Both the position numbers and the translations under genes were made by a program. A stretch of DNA of 39,577 nt, from the IMG/VR virus record IMGVR_UViG_2529292882_000015; one strand, written 5' to 3'. This document shows positions 16,372-25,696 of the stretch, one piece after another (position 1 is the stretch's first letter; each line of letters opens with the position of its first letter). The notes beneath the pieces are model-generated. The model did not search any database and was not told where the DNA came from. It was given only the letters and a program-made list of their open reading frames with translations. The stretch is from a virus (taxonomy: Duplodnaviria; Heunggongvirae; Uroviricota; Caudoviricetes).

Positions 16372-18842
16372 CAGAACCCCCCAACAGTAAGGCGAGGAAT
16401 AACGGCAAGAACAGACAGCGGCAACGGGTCAAGCTGACGGATTCTTACACGTCCGTTTTTGCCCCAGTTACTGTCCAGTTTCACTTCTACTTTTCCGGTA
16501 GCGTCATCAACAGGATCATCGTAGAACTCGAATTCACGCTGTGGATATTCGTACCATTTACCGCCGGGCGTAGTCGCCCAGATGCCGCGGCTGGCATTCA
16601 CAACCAGAGTAACGGACGGGATCACCTGTTTTTTGTCCAGCAGCGTTTCCTGTCCGTTAATGTTGATATCCAGTGTTTCGAATTCAGCAGTTATTGGCAG
16701 GCCGATGTGCACTACAGCCCCAGGTGATTCCAGCGTGACGGCACCTCCGGAAACCACTTTCTGTGGCTCCACATTAGCATCAGAGAGAATGTTTACGGTC
16801 TGTCCTTCAAGATGAGACAGGCCTCCAAATGTCCGGCGCGCCATCTGCCAGTTCGTGGTGGCCACATTCCTGAGGGATGGCGGGACGTTCCTGTTAGCAC
16901 GAACCACTACAGCGGTGTTGCTGGTTATAGAAATAATGTCGCAACGTAATTCTTTTGACACTTCATCGCCAGTACCAGGATCAGTTCCGATATAAGGGAA
17001 CTGTAGTTGCGCACCGACATCACTACTGGTGAAGTACGCACCACCAGAAATACTGATTGTATATTCCGCGCGGTAATCCCATTCGCCAGAACCACCAGTG
17101 ATGGTCATCGTTCTGTCAGACGTATTTCTTCCATCATAGCTAAGGCCAGAATCAACAAAGAAAGCATCTTCATCGCTGGTAAATAAACGGCTGGACAGCC
17201 GCTCGATGTATCTCACTGTTTGCCCGTTAACGGTTCGGTTAACGACGAAATACACCGCATCTTCATTGCCTTCGCTGATACTGCATGTGCTTTCATATTT
17301 TCCGGTACTGGATTGTGGTGCCCATGCAAAAACCTGCTGATCACGCAAATAGGTCATCACCAGTAATTTACCGTCATCACGAATGCAGAAGGCGCTGGAG
17401 TAAGGGACAATAGAGAAGCACCAGTCAACAATACTGTGCTTCTGAAAAAGATGATTGGCAAGGATGGTCAGGTCGTTCCCCTGATAGCCGTCAACATCGA
17501 ATGAGTAGGCCAGATCACGGACAACACTGCCTTTCTCCTGGACGAACAGAGCAATATTCGCCACGGCAATTGGTGGGACATTGCTCGAGCCATTTGATCC
17601 CTGAGAGCTGAATGCAAATGATGATGGGGTTAATACTTTGTTCTGGTCGCCGGTGATGACGTACTCACCTCCGGAAGTCAGCGCCACCAGCGAACCAACA
17701 TCAATCAGGTGGCGGATCTCATTAACCTGACGCCCGGCATAGGTGTAGATAATTCTGTCGTCATCCTGCGTAGGATTGCTTTTGCCAAAATCCTTATAAT
17801 CCCCAGTACGGCTGGCCCAGATAGTCTGAGGGAACGCTGTCGATGCGGCGAAGTAAAGACGTTGTTGATAATAAACAACAGTGCCAGGATAACCGTTAAC
17901 ACTATTCCAGGCATATTTAGCCCATTTATAGCTGGCATTATCCTCGCCAACTACCTGCGAAGGGATATAGGAAATCACCTCAGCAGTTGCAGTAGTTCCA
18001 TTTGCAGCAGAGATACGGGCAATGCCAAAACCACTGTGCAGATACTCCCACTCAATGCCAGTATCATCATCACCGGATCCGCCCCAGCCATCCCATGATG
18101 TTCCTTCTGTATGCGAAGGGCGCAAAGTGCCTGTTTTGCCTGCTGTAACGGCGCGATAGTAGTTACTGTCTGCACGGCGAATATCGCCAATCGACGTACT
18201 CTTACCGGTTTCCCATACCGGCACTGAATCCACTGCAGGCTGTTCCAGATAGAACAATTTGCCTACCTGCTCCGCGCCAAAAATAGAGGCGCTTGCCGTT
18301 AACGTAATTGTCCCGGTGCTGGCGCTGGCATAAACCGTCACTGACTCGTCAATATTGATATCTTCAAATGGCCCGTTCTTCGTTACCACATCAACCAGTT
18401 GCCAGTTGTCATGCGCATAGCGACGCAACTCTTTCGGCGGGTATGCCGGATGAACCAGCGTAAGCACGTCTGCGCTTTGCGTGAATTTAATTCGGAACAG
18501 ATCGGCTTCAGTATATGGCGTGGCAATTTCATAAATAACATTGCTGCTGTTCAGCACCAACGCACCATCTTTGATAACGCGCATGTACTGGTGTCCGAAC
18601 TCCAGAGCATAGGTCTGAACAGTCGAGAACTGGAACGGGATCAGGCGGCATTTCCGATTTGGGTATTTGGCGGCACCGACAAAACGCGTACCAGGTCGAT
18701 TCTCAACGCCGCCATACTGCCGCACGATAAAGTTATCGCACTTGCGCAATGCCACCTGGTACTTCGCCATGTCGATACGACCGTACAACGACGGTCCAAT
18801 CTCACCACCGGCAAAGCTGGGCTGGATCCAACTGATAGCCAT
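16371..18842 (-). CDS. Tail tubular protein B-like (nozzle)
   Basis: 823 aa, close to T7 gp12 in size, immediately after a ~200-aa gp11-sized gene. Confidence 0.65.
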   Translation of the reverse strand: MAISWIQPSFAGGEIGPSLYGRIDMAKYQVALRKCDNFIVRQYGGVENRPGTRFVGAAKYPNRKCRLIPFQFSTVQTYALEFGHQYMRVIKDGALVLNSSNVIYEIATPYTEADLFRIKFTQSADVLTLVHPAYPPKELRRYAHDNWQLVDVVTKNGPFEDINIDESVTVYASASTGTITLTASASIFGAEQVGKLFYLEQPAVDSVPVWETGKSTSIGDIRRADSNYYRAVTAGKTGTLRPSHTEGTSWDGWGGSGDDDTGIEWEYLHSGFGIARISAANGTTATAEVISYIPSQVVGEDNASYKWAKYAWNSVNGYPGTVVYYQQRLYFAASTAFPQTIWASRTGDYKDFGKSNPTQDDDRIIYTYAGRQVNEIRHLIDVGSLVALTSGGEYVITGDQNKVLTPSSFAFSSQGSNGSSNVPPIAVANIALFVQEKGSVVRDLAYSFDVDGYQGNDLTILANHLFQKHSIVDWCFSIVPYSSAFCIRDDGKLLVMTYLRDQQVFAWAPQSSTGKYESTCSISEGNEDAVYFVVNRTVNGQTVRYIERLSSRLFTSDEDAFFVDSGLSYDGRNTSDRTMTITGGSGEWDYRAEYTISISGGAYFTSSDVGAQLQFPYIGTDPGTGDEVSKELRCDIISITSNTAVVVRANRNVPPSLRNVATTNWQMARRTFGGLSHLEGQTVNILSDANVEPQKVVSGGAVTLESPGAVVHIGLPITAEFETLDININGQETLLDKKQVIPSVTLVVNASRGIWATTPGGKWYEYPQREFEFYDDPVDDATGKVEVKLDSNWGKNGRVRIRQLDPLPLSVLAVIPRLTVGGF

Positions 18843-19447
18843 CAGGACAACCTCGCAATGGTAAACTCGTCAACCGGTGGCTGTGGTTCCTGTGATTCAT
18901 TCTGGCTATGCGAGCCAGCACTAAGAATCACGCGATTGTACATATTGAGGGCAAACGTACCGAGGTCTGCATTCCCAGTCAGCGCCATGTTAATAGCTGC
19001 CGCAAGACGCCAGGCCAACGCCTCCATAAAAATGGCATCAAACATGTTCACATCTGAAACGCGAGATACATACTTGAGCCATGCCTGCGGCTGGTCTGTG
19101 TAGATCAACTTTCCTGTTCCGTTGGTGTCTGCACCAACTTCGTACTGAACGCGCATTGCTGCTGTTGGATTGCGTACACCAGGAAGCATAATTTCAGTAA
19201 TGCGCAGACAATCGGACGGGTACTGGTACGCATATTCCCAGTCAGGCGGTGGATTGCTCGTATCTGCAAGCGCCACGCGTTTGGTAGCAAAGTTCCAGTC
19301 AAAATCAGAAAGCACAGCATCACGGCAGGCCTCAAAGTGCAGCGAACATTCCCCCGCTTCCTTGCTGGCTTCCTTCAGGCTGTTAATGCTGCGGCTGTTG
19401 CCAATATTGGACAGCGCACGATTGCAGATCTCTACTACAGAGGCCAT
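18842..19447 (-). CDS. Tail tubular protein A-like (adaptor)
   Basis: 201 aa, T7 gp11-like in size and position. Confidence 0.55.
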   Translation of the reverse strand: MASVVEICNRALSNIGNSRSINSLKEASKEAGECSLHFEACRDAVLSDFDWNFATKRVALADTSNPPPDWEYAYQYPSDCLRITEIMLPGVRNPTAAMRVQYEVGADTNGTGKLIYTDQPQAWLKYVSRVSDVNMFDAIFMEALAWRLAAAINMALTGNADLGTFALNMYNRVILSAGSHSQNESQEPQPPVDEFTIARLS

Positions 19448-19770
19448 TACTCACCCCCATTGCCGTACAGAGTTTCAGCCGCTGATTTTTCTACATCCCC
19501 GGAAACAGGAGCGATCGCCATATCAGTGATCTGCAGATCGGCGCTGCGATTAACACCATCGTCAGTTTCTCTGGCAGACAGGCCTCGAATAACAGCCTTT
19601 GCAGTTATCATCACTTCTGTTCCGACGCCCTGAGGTTGCGCCTTCAGCTTATTCAATGTGTCGTTATTAAGAGTGATGCACAGCCCCCACGGGTATTCAT
19701 CGCGAGTTCTGGTTTCTCCGCTCTCATCCTGGTAGCTGTCAGTGCCGGTTTTGAGGTTTACGAGTTCCAT
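19447..19770 (-). CDS. Small structural-module protein of unknown function
   Basis: ORF in the late operon; start placed at the second ATG (MELVNLK), 9 nt after AGGAG. Confidence 0.45.
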   Translation of the reverse strand: MELVNLKTGTDSYQDESGETRTRDEYPWGLCITLNNDTLNKLKAQPQGVGTEVMITAKAVIRGLSARETDDGVNRSADLQITDMAIAPVSGDVEKSAAETLYGNGGE

Positions 19771-19780
19771 ATACACTCCT

Positions 19781-19802
19781 GCAATAAAGGGGCCGAAGCC
19801 CC
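19781..19802 (-). terminator. Intra-operon hairpin with T-run (partial terminator)
   Basis: GGGGC-TTCG-GCCCC followed by TTTATT on the minus strand, between the 19821 and 19770 genes. Confidence 0.4.
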
Positions 19803-19820
19803 TTGTCTGATTCGCGAGGC

Positions 19821-20165
19821 TTACACGCCCAGTTCTTTACGCTTATCTGCGATCTTCTCGCGGAGCGTTTCGGCTTTGGCGTTATGGTGTGGCTTCTCGT
19901 TAAAGAGCAATTCGTACTCTTCACGGAGCTTATCCAGTTCACCATCATCTGACACATCGTTGATGATTTTGGTGCTGGTTGCTGCCATTGACACCTTTCC
20001 TGCAACTTTTGCTTTTGCCTGTCTGGCTGCATCGTTAACAGGTTCCAGTGCGCTACCAGGCTCACCTTCGTATTCGATTTCTGCCCCCTCCGGCCACAGA
20101 GTGTTATGGATATGAGAGAGGCGCAGAACGCGGTATCTTGGTTTCTCACCTGACATCGATATCAC
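19821..20165 (-). CDS. Small structural-module protein of unknown function
   Basis: 114-aa charged protein between capsid-associated genes and the tail adaptor. Confidence 0.5.
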   Translation of the reverse strand: MISMSGEKPRYRVLRLSHIHNTLWPEGAEIEYEGEPGSALEPVNDAARQAKAKVAGKVSMAATSTKIINDVSDDGELDKLREEYELLFNEKPHHNAKAETLREKIADKRKELGV

Positions 20166-20166
20166 C

Positions 20167-20604
20167 TTAACCAGTTACTTTTGAGCGGATCGGATACGGC
20201 GTATTGGCATCAACATCAAGACTGATACCCGCAGTGAATTCGCCAGCCGTTAGTGGGCCAGTTGCGACGGAGTAGTTAACACGCAGATATCGCTGAACAC
20301 CGGCAGGCACCTTTGCAGAAACAACTCGTTTACCTGCTGTCAGGGTGGTCTTTGCCAGTGCACCACTATCATAAATAGTGGTCCATGAGCTGTTATCCTC
20401 ACTCGTCTGCAACTGGATGTTTACAGTTGCATCACCGCTTGCTGCGGCGGCTGTGTTAACCAGCGCCCAAAACTCAAGCGGGTAACCCACGCCGATATCA
20501 CGACGTTTTCCGTCAATTGGACCGAGATCGATTACGTCAGTAGAAGCCGCGGTATTCGTAACCGCCTGAGCTTCGGAGAACATCAACAGTTTGTCGGTGA
20601 TCAT
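20167..20604 (-). CDS. Putative capsid decoration/accessory protein
   Basis: 145-aa beta-rich protein directly downstream of the major capsid gene; RBS GGAG. Confidence 0.5.
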   Translation of the reverse strand: MITDKLLMFSEAQAVTNTAASTDVIDLGPIDGKRRDIGVGYPLEFWALVNTAAAASGDATVNIQLQTSEDNSSWTTIYDSGALAKTTLTAGKRVVSAKVPAGVQRYLRVNYSVATGPLTAGEFTAGISLDVDANTPYPIRSKVTG

Positions 20605-20655
20605 CTTCTTTCTCCATTAGTGGGTCTGTTACGACCCACAGGTTAATAACAGGCG

Positions 20656-21642
20656 TTACACCACGCGGGCTTCTGTTTCCAGAAGCGCATCAGTTTCACG
20701 GATTGGTACACCACGGAATGAAGTCCACCACTCGCCTTCAGTCTCTTTTACGCTGATAGCCAGAGATGTTTTCTCCAGAGACTGCAGATCAAGAGCCTGG
20801 CCTACAGTGCGGTTCATGTAGAACACCGGGCGGCCCATGCCACGGTTTGGAATGCGATGCAGTGCTTTAACCATCAACTTCGCAATATTTGCGGCAGAGG
20901 AAGGTTCTGAAAGATTGCTGACATCGATGTTTGCAATGCGAACAACATAACGCCAGTCACGCAGAGCAAGTCCGTTGTCCCATTTGTAATGGGTGCGATA
21001 GCCTTCGTACTTGCCGCCATTAGCATCTTCCAGTGTCACCTGGCCTTTATCTTCCATCTGGATGCCAGCCTTCTGCCCTTTCGGGAAGATGCCATGCACG
21101 GTGTTTTCGCCCCACACCACTAACCAGATTGAGGTGTTATCTGTACCCGTGCCACCAGCATCAATGATGTTCTGAGCATTACCCGCAGACAGGCTGGAAT
21201 AGCGGGAGGACAGTCCCATAAACTGCTGAGGGTTAACGCTGGAATCACCATAAAACAGCGTCTGCGCCATCTGCTGATTCATCGCTTCAATAAATGCGCG
21301 GTCTTCAGACAGGCGGAATTCTGCGGTATTGCCGTTCAGATCAGCCAGTGACTTATCGACTTCAGCATAGGTTTCCAGCATGCCAACGGAATCGGTTACC
21401 TGCACTGTGGTTGATTTGCTTGGCTGTACGCCATAGTTCAGCAAACGCCAGGTAGCTGAAGGTAAACCAGAACGAATGGTGGTTCGGTGTCCGGTAGGAA
21501 GGTTCCCTTCGACAAAAGGCATATCCTGAAGGATCGGGTTAGTTTGACCGAGAAGCTCGATAATCTTATCGACTTTCCCGTTTGGATCGACGCGCTTACC
21601 CCAGTCAGCCAGCGTTAGCGCAGTTAAGCCTTTAACAGCCAT
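20656..21642 (-). CDS. Major capsid protein
   Basis: 328 aa, directly after the scaffold-like gene; a hairpin (GTGGGTC...GACCCAC, 20620-20639) follows its stop, a common feature after capsid genes. Confidence 0.75.
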   Translation of the reverse strand: MAVKGLTALTLADWGKRVDPNGKVDKIIELLGQTNPILQDMPFVEGNLPTGHRTTIRSGLPSATWRLLNYGVQPSKSTTVQVTDSVGMLETYAEVDKSLADLNGNTAEFRLSEDRAFIEAMNQQMAQTLFYGDSSVNPQQFMGLSSRYSSLSAGNAQNIIDAGGTGTDNTSIWLVVWGENTVHGIFPKGQKAGIQMEDKGQVTLEDANGGKYEGYRTHYKWDNGLALRDWRYVVRIANIDVSNLSEPSSAANIAKLMVKALHRIPNRGMGRPVFYMNRTVGQALDLQSLEKTSLAISVKETEGEWWTSFRGVPIRETDALLETEARVV

Positions 21643-21656
21643 TGTTATTTCCTCTC

Positions 21657-22358
21657 TTATTTGCCATAGAGCACTTCGGCCGCACTACGCTGGCCTTCAT
21701 TACCACCGGTGACCATGCCATCTTCAGACATCGCCTTTCCGATTTTCACGAACGTTTTGACCAGATCAGGGTGATTACCCAGCCCGGTGGTGTTCAGATA
21801 TTCTTTGAGTTCAGGTGTCCCAAACTGGTCAAGCGCACGCTGTGCGGCGCTAAGGTTAGAAATCAACTTGTCGCCACCGATTTCTTTGTCAGCTTTTACA
21901 TCCGCAGCCCACTGCTCGGTTGTTTTCTGCCAGGCTTCTGCCTGGCGCTGCTGAACACCTGCCAGAATCTTCGGATAAGCATCAACCAGCTTTTGCGCTT
22001 GTTCGTTGGTCAGGTTAAGTTCTCGCGCCACCGGCTCGAATTCCTTCAACGCTTCTGTATCCAGCTCTACGCCTTCGGCAGCCTGAAACTCGTACTTCTC
22101 AGGCGCCCCCTCTGGTTTATCGCCGTCCTTTTTTTCATCCTGCTTATCGTTTTCAGGCTTTTTGTCATCAGCAGGTTTATCGCCATCAGCAACAGGTTGT
22201 GGCTTATCACCTTCCTGTTGTGATGGATCACCAACTGGAGCAGGGTTATCACCTGCATGCGCTGACGGTTCTGACGCAGCCGGAGCTGCCCCGCCATCGG
22301 CTGGCTGCTCATTGCAAAGACGGCGATACAGCAAACGCTCAAATAAATTCATGATCAC
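21657..22358 (-). CDS. Scaffolding-like protein
   Basis: 233 aa with an acidic low-complexity region (DKPADDKKPENDKQDEKKDGDKPEG) and helical C-terminus, between portal and capsid. Confidence 0.55.
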   Translation of the reverse strand: MIMNLFERLLYRRLCNEQPADGGAAPAASEPSAHAGDNPAPVGDPSQQEGDKPQPVADGDKPADDKKPENDKQDEKKDGDKPEGAPEKYEFQAAEGVELDTEALKEFEPVARELNLTNEQAQKLVDAYPKILAGVQQRQAEAWQKTTEQWAADVKADKEIGGDKLISNLSAAQRALDQFGTPELKEYLNTTGLGNHPDLVKTFVKIGKAMSEDGMVTGGNEGQRSAAEVLYGK

Positions 22359-22651
22359 TCCTGTTCACTGGCCTCTTTGGCCATCTTCAAATACTGTTCA
22401 GGGCAATGAGCCATAACGCGCTGAAACAGTTCCAGCGCCAGATTGCGTTGCCCCTCATTAAATGCCATTGCCATAGCGTCCATCGGTGAGATAGCGGAAA
22501 ACACACGGCCTTTCTCCAGCACCGACCAGACAACGCGACGCCCCTGTTCACTGCTCATGACAAAGCGAATGTCATCAATTTCACGCTTCGCCATGTCACG
22601 TTGCTTACGGGCGTTTTCTTCTTTCAGTTGATCGTCTTCGTAATCTGTCAT
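22355..22651 (-). CDS. Small protein of unknown function downstream of portal
   Basis: 98-aa charged ORF, translationally coupled to both neighbours. Confidence 0.45.
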   Translation of the reverse strand: MTDYEDDQLKEENARKQRDMAKREIDDIRFVMSSEQGRRVVWSVLEKGRVFSAISPMDAMAMAFNEGQRNLALELFQRVMAHCPEQYLKMAKEASEQE

Positions 22652-24327
22652 TGTGATTGCCCCCCCTGACCACTAACTGCATTCGCCATAGCTGACAAAA
22701 CACTCGGATCCGAAGTTTTAGCTTCGCTTAGCGTCTTGGCACCCTGTGCCGCCGCCATCGCCATCGCCATCATTTGTTGCTGCTGTTGCTGCTGTGCCCG
22801 TTGCTGGCGAGCCTGCTCAACCTGTTCCTGCGGAACAATGACGGTTGGAGACACTCCGGACATATCAGCAAATGCATCGATCGCCTGATCAACGTTGAGT
22901 TTGTCGATAGCTTCTGGTTTCGCTTTCGCAAGTTGACCAATGAAGTTAACCGTGGACGCCAGACTGGACAGGCCGATAGACTTCTGCGCCTGAGCCATGA
23001 CGGAAATGTATTCGACCTTCAGGGGCATGCCTTCCATCGCGTCAGGCGGTGGCGGCAGCATGTTTTTACGCACCATCATCGAGAAAGCGCGGTCAATGAG
23101 AGGATTAAGACATTCGTCGTTCAGACGCTCCAGAACCGGCCCCAACATCAGAAGTTTTTCTTCTTTCATTTCGATCACCGCTTCAACAGGCATCGAGCGG
23201 GTATTGATGTTCTGCAACATCATGAACAGATCGACAAAGTAGGCGCTGTTAATGATTTGACGAGTGTCCTGAATGTCTGCCACCAAATCTGCTGTACTGG
23301 GGTTAACCAGATAAGCAGGCCTGAAGCCATCCTGACCAGTAATCTGATCGATATACGTGATGTCGCCAGGAAGAAGGGAGGCGCGCTGATTCTTGAGGGA
23401 AGTCGGAGCAACCATCGGCGGATTGGTGGCTTTATCAATCAACTGCGACTTGCGCTTCTGGAGAAGCTGCAATGCCTTAACAGGTCCAAGCGCCAGCATA
23501 CCCGGGCATGATGATCCATAAACATCTTCGCCGTTAACTTCCCAGCGCGGAGCCATAATTGGAAACTCATCGAATCCTGACTCACGCAACAACTTGTCGT
23601 TATCGCCACCAACCTCGTAATAAACCGATTTGAATGGCTTGTTCTTGCTATCCAGCTTCGATGTATCGCGGTCAATGTTCGGGTAAACCGAATGCATCAC
23701 TTCAATCCACTTCTCGTAGGTACCGCTTTCCCACATGCTTTTTACGGATTCGCTGACGTTATTTAGCCCGAACTCCTGAACAAGCTGACGAACAGTCATA
23801 GAGAACTTGCGAAAACAGGTGTCCACACTGCCACGAGGTGAGTTAGCCAGGTAGTAACTGCCTATCGGGAATGGCATTGTGCGAATAATGTCCTCGTCAT
23901 CCTCCAGCACCGCCATTGCACCAGTGCTGTATGTGCCGAGGCTTCCGTATAACTGCGGCAGCGACTGATAGAGATTCGACTTATTGAACATATCGTTCAT
24001 GCGGTTCTGCACCGCCTCAAGCCACAACTTAACAGGGCCATAATCCATCATTTCAGGATCTGGCGTAGCCAGGCGAAACCACGGACGCGCGGGGCTTGTG
24101 ATGCCTGACATCATGCCGCTGGCGAGAGTGCGCGCCGCCATAGTCCCGGTCGAATCAATAATGCGTGTATTGCGTCGATCGTTACGGTTGACCTCAGAAG
24201 TCAGAAAGCGGGAACCACGTGGGTTGATGTAATCACTCAACTCGCGCCAGTGCGGCTCGAACGACTGACGCTCGCTTTCAAGTTGTGCGAACTGTTTGTT
24301 CAATCGCTCTTTAGTTGTTTCCGCCAT
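22648..24327 (-). CDS. Portal protein
   Basis: 559 aa, Gln-rich C-terminus, first large gene after terminase; RBS GGAG. Confidence 0.75.
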   Translation of the reverse strand: MAETTKERLNKQFAQLESERQSFEPHWRELSDYINPRGSRFLTSEVNRNDRRNTRIIDSTGTMAARTLASGMMSGITSPARPWFRLATPDPEMMDYGPVKLWLEAVQNRMNDMFNKSNLYQSLPQLYGSLGTYSTGAMAVLEDDEDIIRTMPFPIGSYYLANSPRGSVDTCFRKFSMTVRQLVQEFGLNNVSESVKSMWESGTYEKWIEVMHSVYPNIDRDTSKLDSKNKPFKSVYYEVGGDNDKLLRESGFDEFPIMAPRWEVNGEDVYGSSCPGMLALGPVKALQLLQKRKSQLIDKATNPPMVAPTSLKNQRASLLPGDITYIDQITGQDGFRPAYLVNPSTADLVADIQDTRQIINSAYFVDLFMMLQNINTRSMPVEAVIEMKEEKLLMLGPVLERLNDECLNPLIDRAFSMMVRKNMLPPPPDAMEGMPLKVEYISVMAQAQKSIGLSSLASTVNFIGQLAKAKPEAIDKLNVDQAIDAFADMSGVSPTVIVPQEQVEQARQQRAQQQQQQQMMAMAMAAAQGAKTLSEAKTSDPSVLSAMANAVSGQGGQSQ

Positions 24328-24341
24328 TTCAATGACTCCGG

Positions 24342-24548
24342 TTACTGACCAAGCAGCGTTTTACCGCTGGTATTAGCGGTTGATGTGTCGCCCTGAGAAC
24401 CGGTAAGCAGCGTAGAACTACGACCAGCAGCAGCGCGACGGCGACGTGTTTCTTCGTCGCGGGCATCAACAACGGCGGCATCCTGCTCCTGTGGTGCTGC
24501 CTGAACTTCTGGTGTTGCAGGCACTGATGGTGAGCTACCCATGCACAT
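24342..24548 (-). CDS. Small protein of unknown function upstream of portal
   Basis: 68 aa; its upstream region (GGAGTCATTGATATG) is nearly identical to the portal initiation region (GGAGTCATTGAAATG). Confidence 0.35.
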   Translation of the reverse strand: MCMGSSPSVPATPEVQAAPQEQDAAVVDARDEETRRRRAAAGRSSTLLTGSQGDTSTANTSGKTLLGQ

Positions 24549-24638
24549 ATCAATGACTCCGTACGCAATTAAATTATTACCAATTTAACCACATATGATT
24601 TATTTATCGTAGATGGTTGACATTTAACGCACAAATTA

Positions 24639-24653
24639 TTACCTTTCAGGTAA
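24639..24653. promoter_or_regulatory. Operator-like palindrome TTACC-N5-GGTAA (site 4 of 13), next to a TTGACA -35 element
   Basis: TTACCTTTCAGGTAA; TTGACA at 24617-24622 lies 16 bp upstream on the plus strand, in the divergent region between the portal operon and the tRNA unit. Confidence 0.5.
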
Positions 24654-24975
24654 CTAAAGAGTTCATTCCGGTTACTAACCTGACTGGCTTGTCGTTAAAT
24701 TGAACAGGTGGAGTGAGCTTTTATTTTGAGCAGTACGGCGTATGGCACATGCGCCGATAGCGGTCTGGATACGTTTAAGGGGCACCCTCCCTTGCTCGGG
24801 CAAACGAACCAGGTAGCCGGAATGTGCAAGTCGAGCGGTTTTATTCCGCGCACGGGGATTCACCATCCCGGCGATTCGGTGTGACGCCTCGGAAGAGACG
24901 AGGGTACAACGATGATAGCATTTATGGAGCCGCGACAAAGTGTGGCGCCTTAACAGGCTAAGTGCTCTCAGCGTT

Positions 24976-25052
24976 GTGGCATTAGCTCAGCTGGACAGAG
25001 CAACCGCCTTCTAAGCGGTTGGTCGCAGGTTCGAATCCTGCATGCCACGCCA
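24976..25052 (+). tRNA. tRNA-Arg, anticodon UCU (reads AGA)
   Basis: Cloverleaf folded by hand: acceptor GTGGCAT/ATGCCAC, D-arm GCTC-AGCTGGACA-GAGC, anticodon stem ACCGC/GCGGT with loop CTTCTAA, T-arm GCAGG-TTCGAAT-CCTGC, discriminator G and encoded CCA. Confidence 0.9.
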
Positions 25053-25095
25053 GAATCACGCCTAAGGACCGTGATGCCAGAAGCTCCAGGTGCTT

Positions 25096-25137
25096 GGCGG
25101 TGATGGTTTCCCTTGAAGGACTATCACCGCCCTTTTT
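25096..25137 (+). terminator. Hairpin with T-run downstream of the tRNA
   Basis: GGCGGTGAT ... ATCACCGCC (9-bp stem, 18-nt loop) followed by CTTTTT. Confidence 0.4.
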
Positions 25138-25167
25138 ACAGCAGGACGCCATTGCGATGACTTCATG

Positions 25168-25183
25168 CTGTAAACCAGTACAG
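25168..25183 (+). promoter_or_regulatory. Weak LexA-like box (CTGT-N8-ACAG) upstream of the moron gene
   Basis: CTGTAAACCAGTACAG has the right half-site spacing, but the centre is not AT-rich. Confidence 0.3.
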
Positions 25184-25249
25184 CCACGGAAGGCATAACT
25201 CATTGCTTCCAGTTCTCCCGGTTCGCCGGGCATTTTTTAAGGTGAGATT

Positions 25250-25606
25250 ATGAACGACCAGCAAATCGAAAAAGAAATCGTTGAGAAAGGCAAAACGGCA
25301 CCGCGAGTTACGCCTCAATATATCGAAAGCATCATTCTTGAAGAGCATTTCTTTACTGCTTATGACGGCATTCGTGCTGCCAATATGGGCGTTGGCGATT
25401 CATGGACAGCGCATAAATCTACAGACCTCCTGACTTTCTGCGTACTGGTGCTGAAGAATGGCTTCACCGTCACCGGAGAAAGCGCCTGTGCAAGTCCGGA
25501 AAATTTTGATGCAGAAATTGGTCGGAAGATTGCCCGGCAGAATGCTGTAAACAAAATCTGGATGCTCGAAGGTTACTTGCTGAAGCAGAAGTTAAGCGAG
25601 CAATAA
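25250..25606 (+). CDS. Conserved phage moron protein of unknown function
   Basis: 118 aa; RBS AGGTGAG preceded by hairpin CCCGG-TTCG-CCGGG plus T-run; plus strand between TerL and portal; motif VTGESACASPENFDAEIGRKIA. Confidence 0.6.
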   Translation: MNDQQIEKEIVEKGKTAPRVTPQYIESIILEEHFFTAYDGIRAANMGVGDSWTAHKSTDLLTFCVLVLKNGFTVTGESACASPENFDAEIGRKIARQNAVNKIWMLEGYLLKQKLSEQ

Positions 25607-25610
25607 CACC

Positions 25611-25622
25611 GTGACATGTCAC
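25611..25622. repeat. 12-bp perfect palindrome GTGACATGTCAC (copy 2 of 3)
   Basis: Exact palindrome 4 nt after the moron stop codon and 4 nt before the terminator hairpin. Confidence 0.7.
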
Positions 25623-25623
25623 A

Positions 25624-25653
25624 AACAGCCAGCCTATGAGCTGGCTTTGTTTT
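25624..25653. terminator. Bidirectional rho-independent terminator between the moron gene and the TerL 3' end
   Basis: AGCCAGC-CTATGA-GCTGGCT flanked by ACAAAC upstream and TTTGTTTT downstream. Confidence 0.55.
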
Positions 25654-25696
25654 ATCCTCACCAGAGGATATCAGCAGTATTATCCCCACCAGCGGA

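Noticed and set aside
24675-24938. 87-aa minus-strand ORF in the GC-rich region upstream of the tRNA
   Set aside because: Arg/Cys-rich, low-complexity translation with no RBS, lying in what looks like structured non-coding leader DNA; treated as non-coding.
25096-25131. Sequence TATCACCGCC in the hairpin after the tRNA, resembling a lambda operator half-site
   Set aside because: Only a partial match, part of a hairpin arm, with no second half-site; judged coincidental because this phage's operators are a different palindrome.
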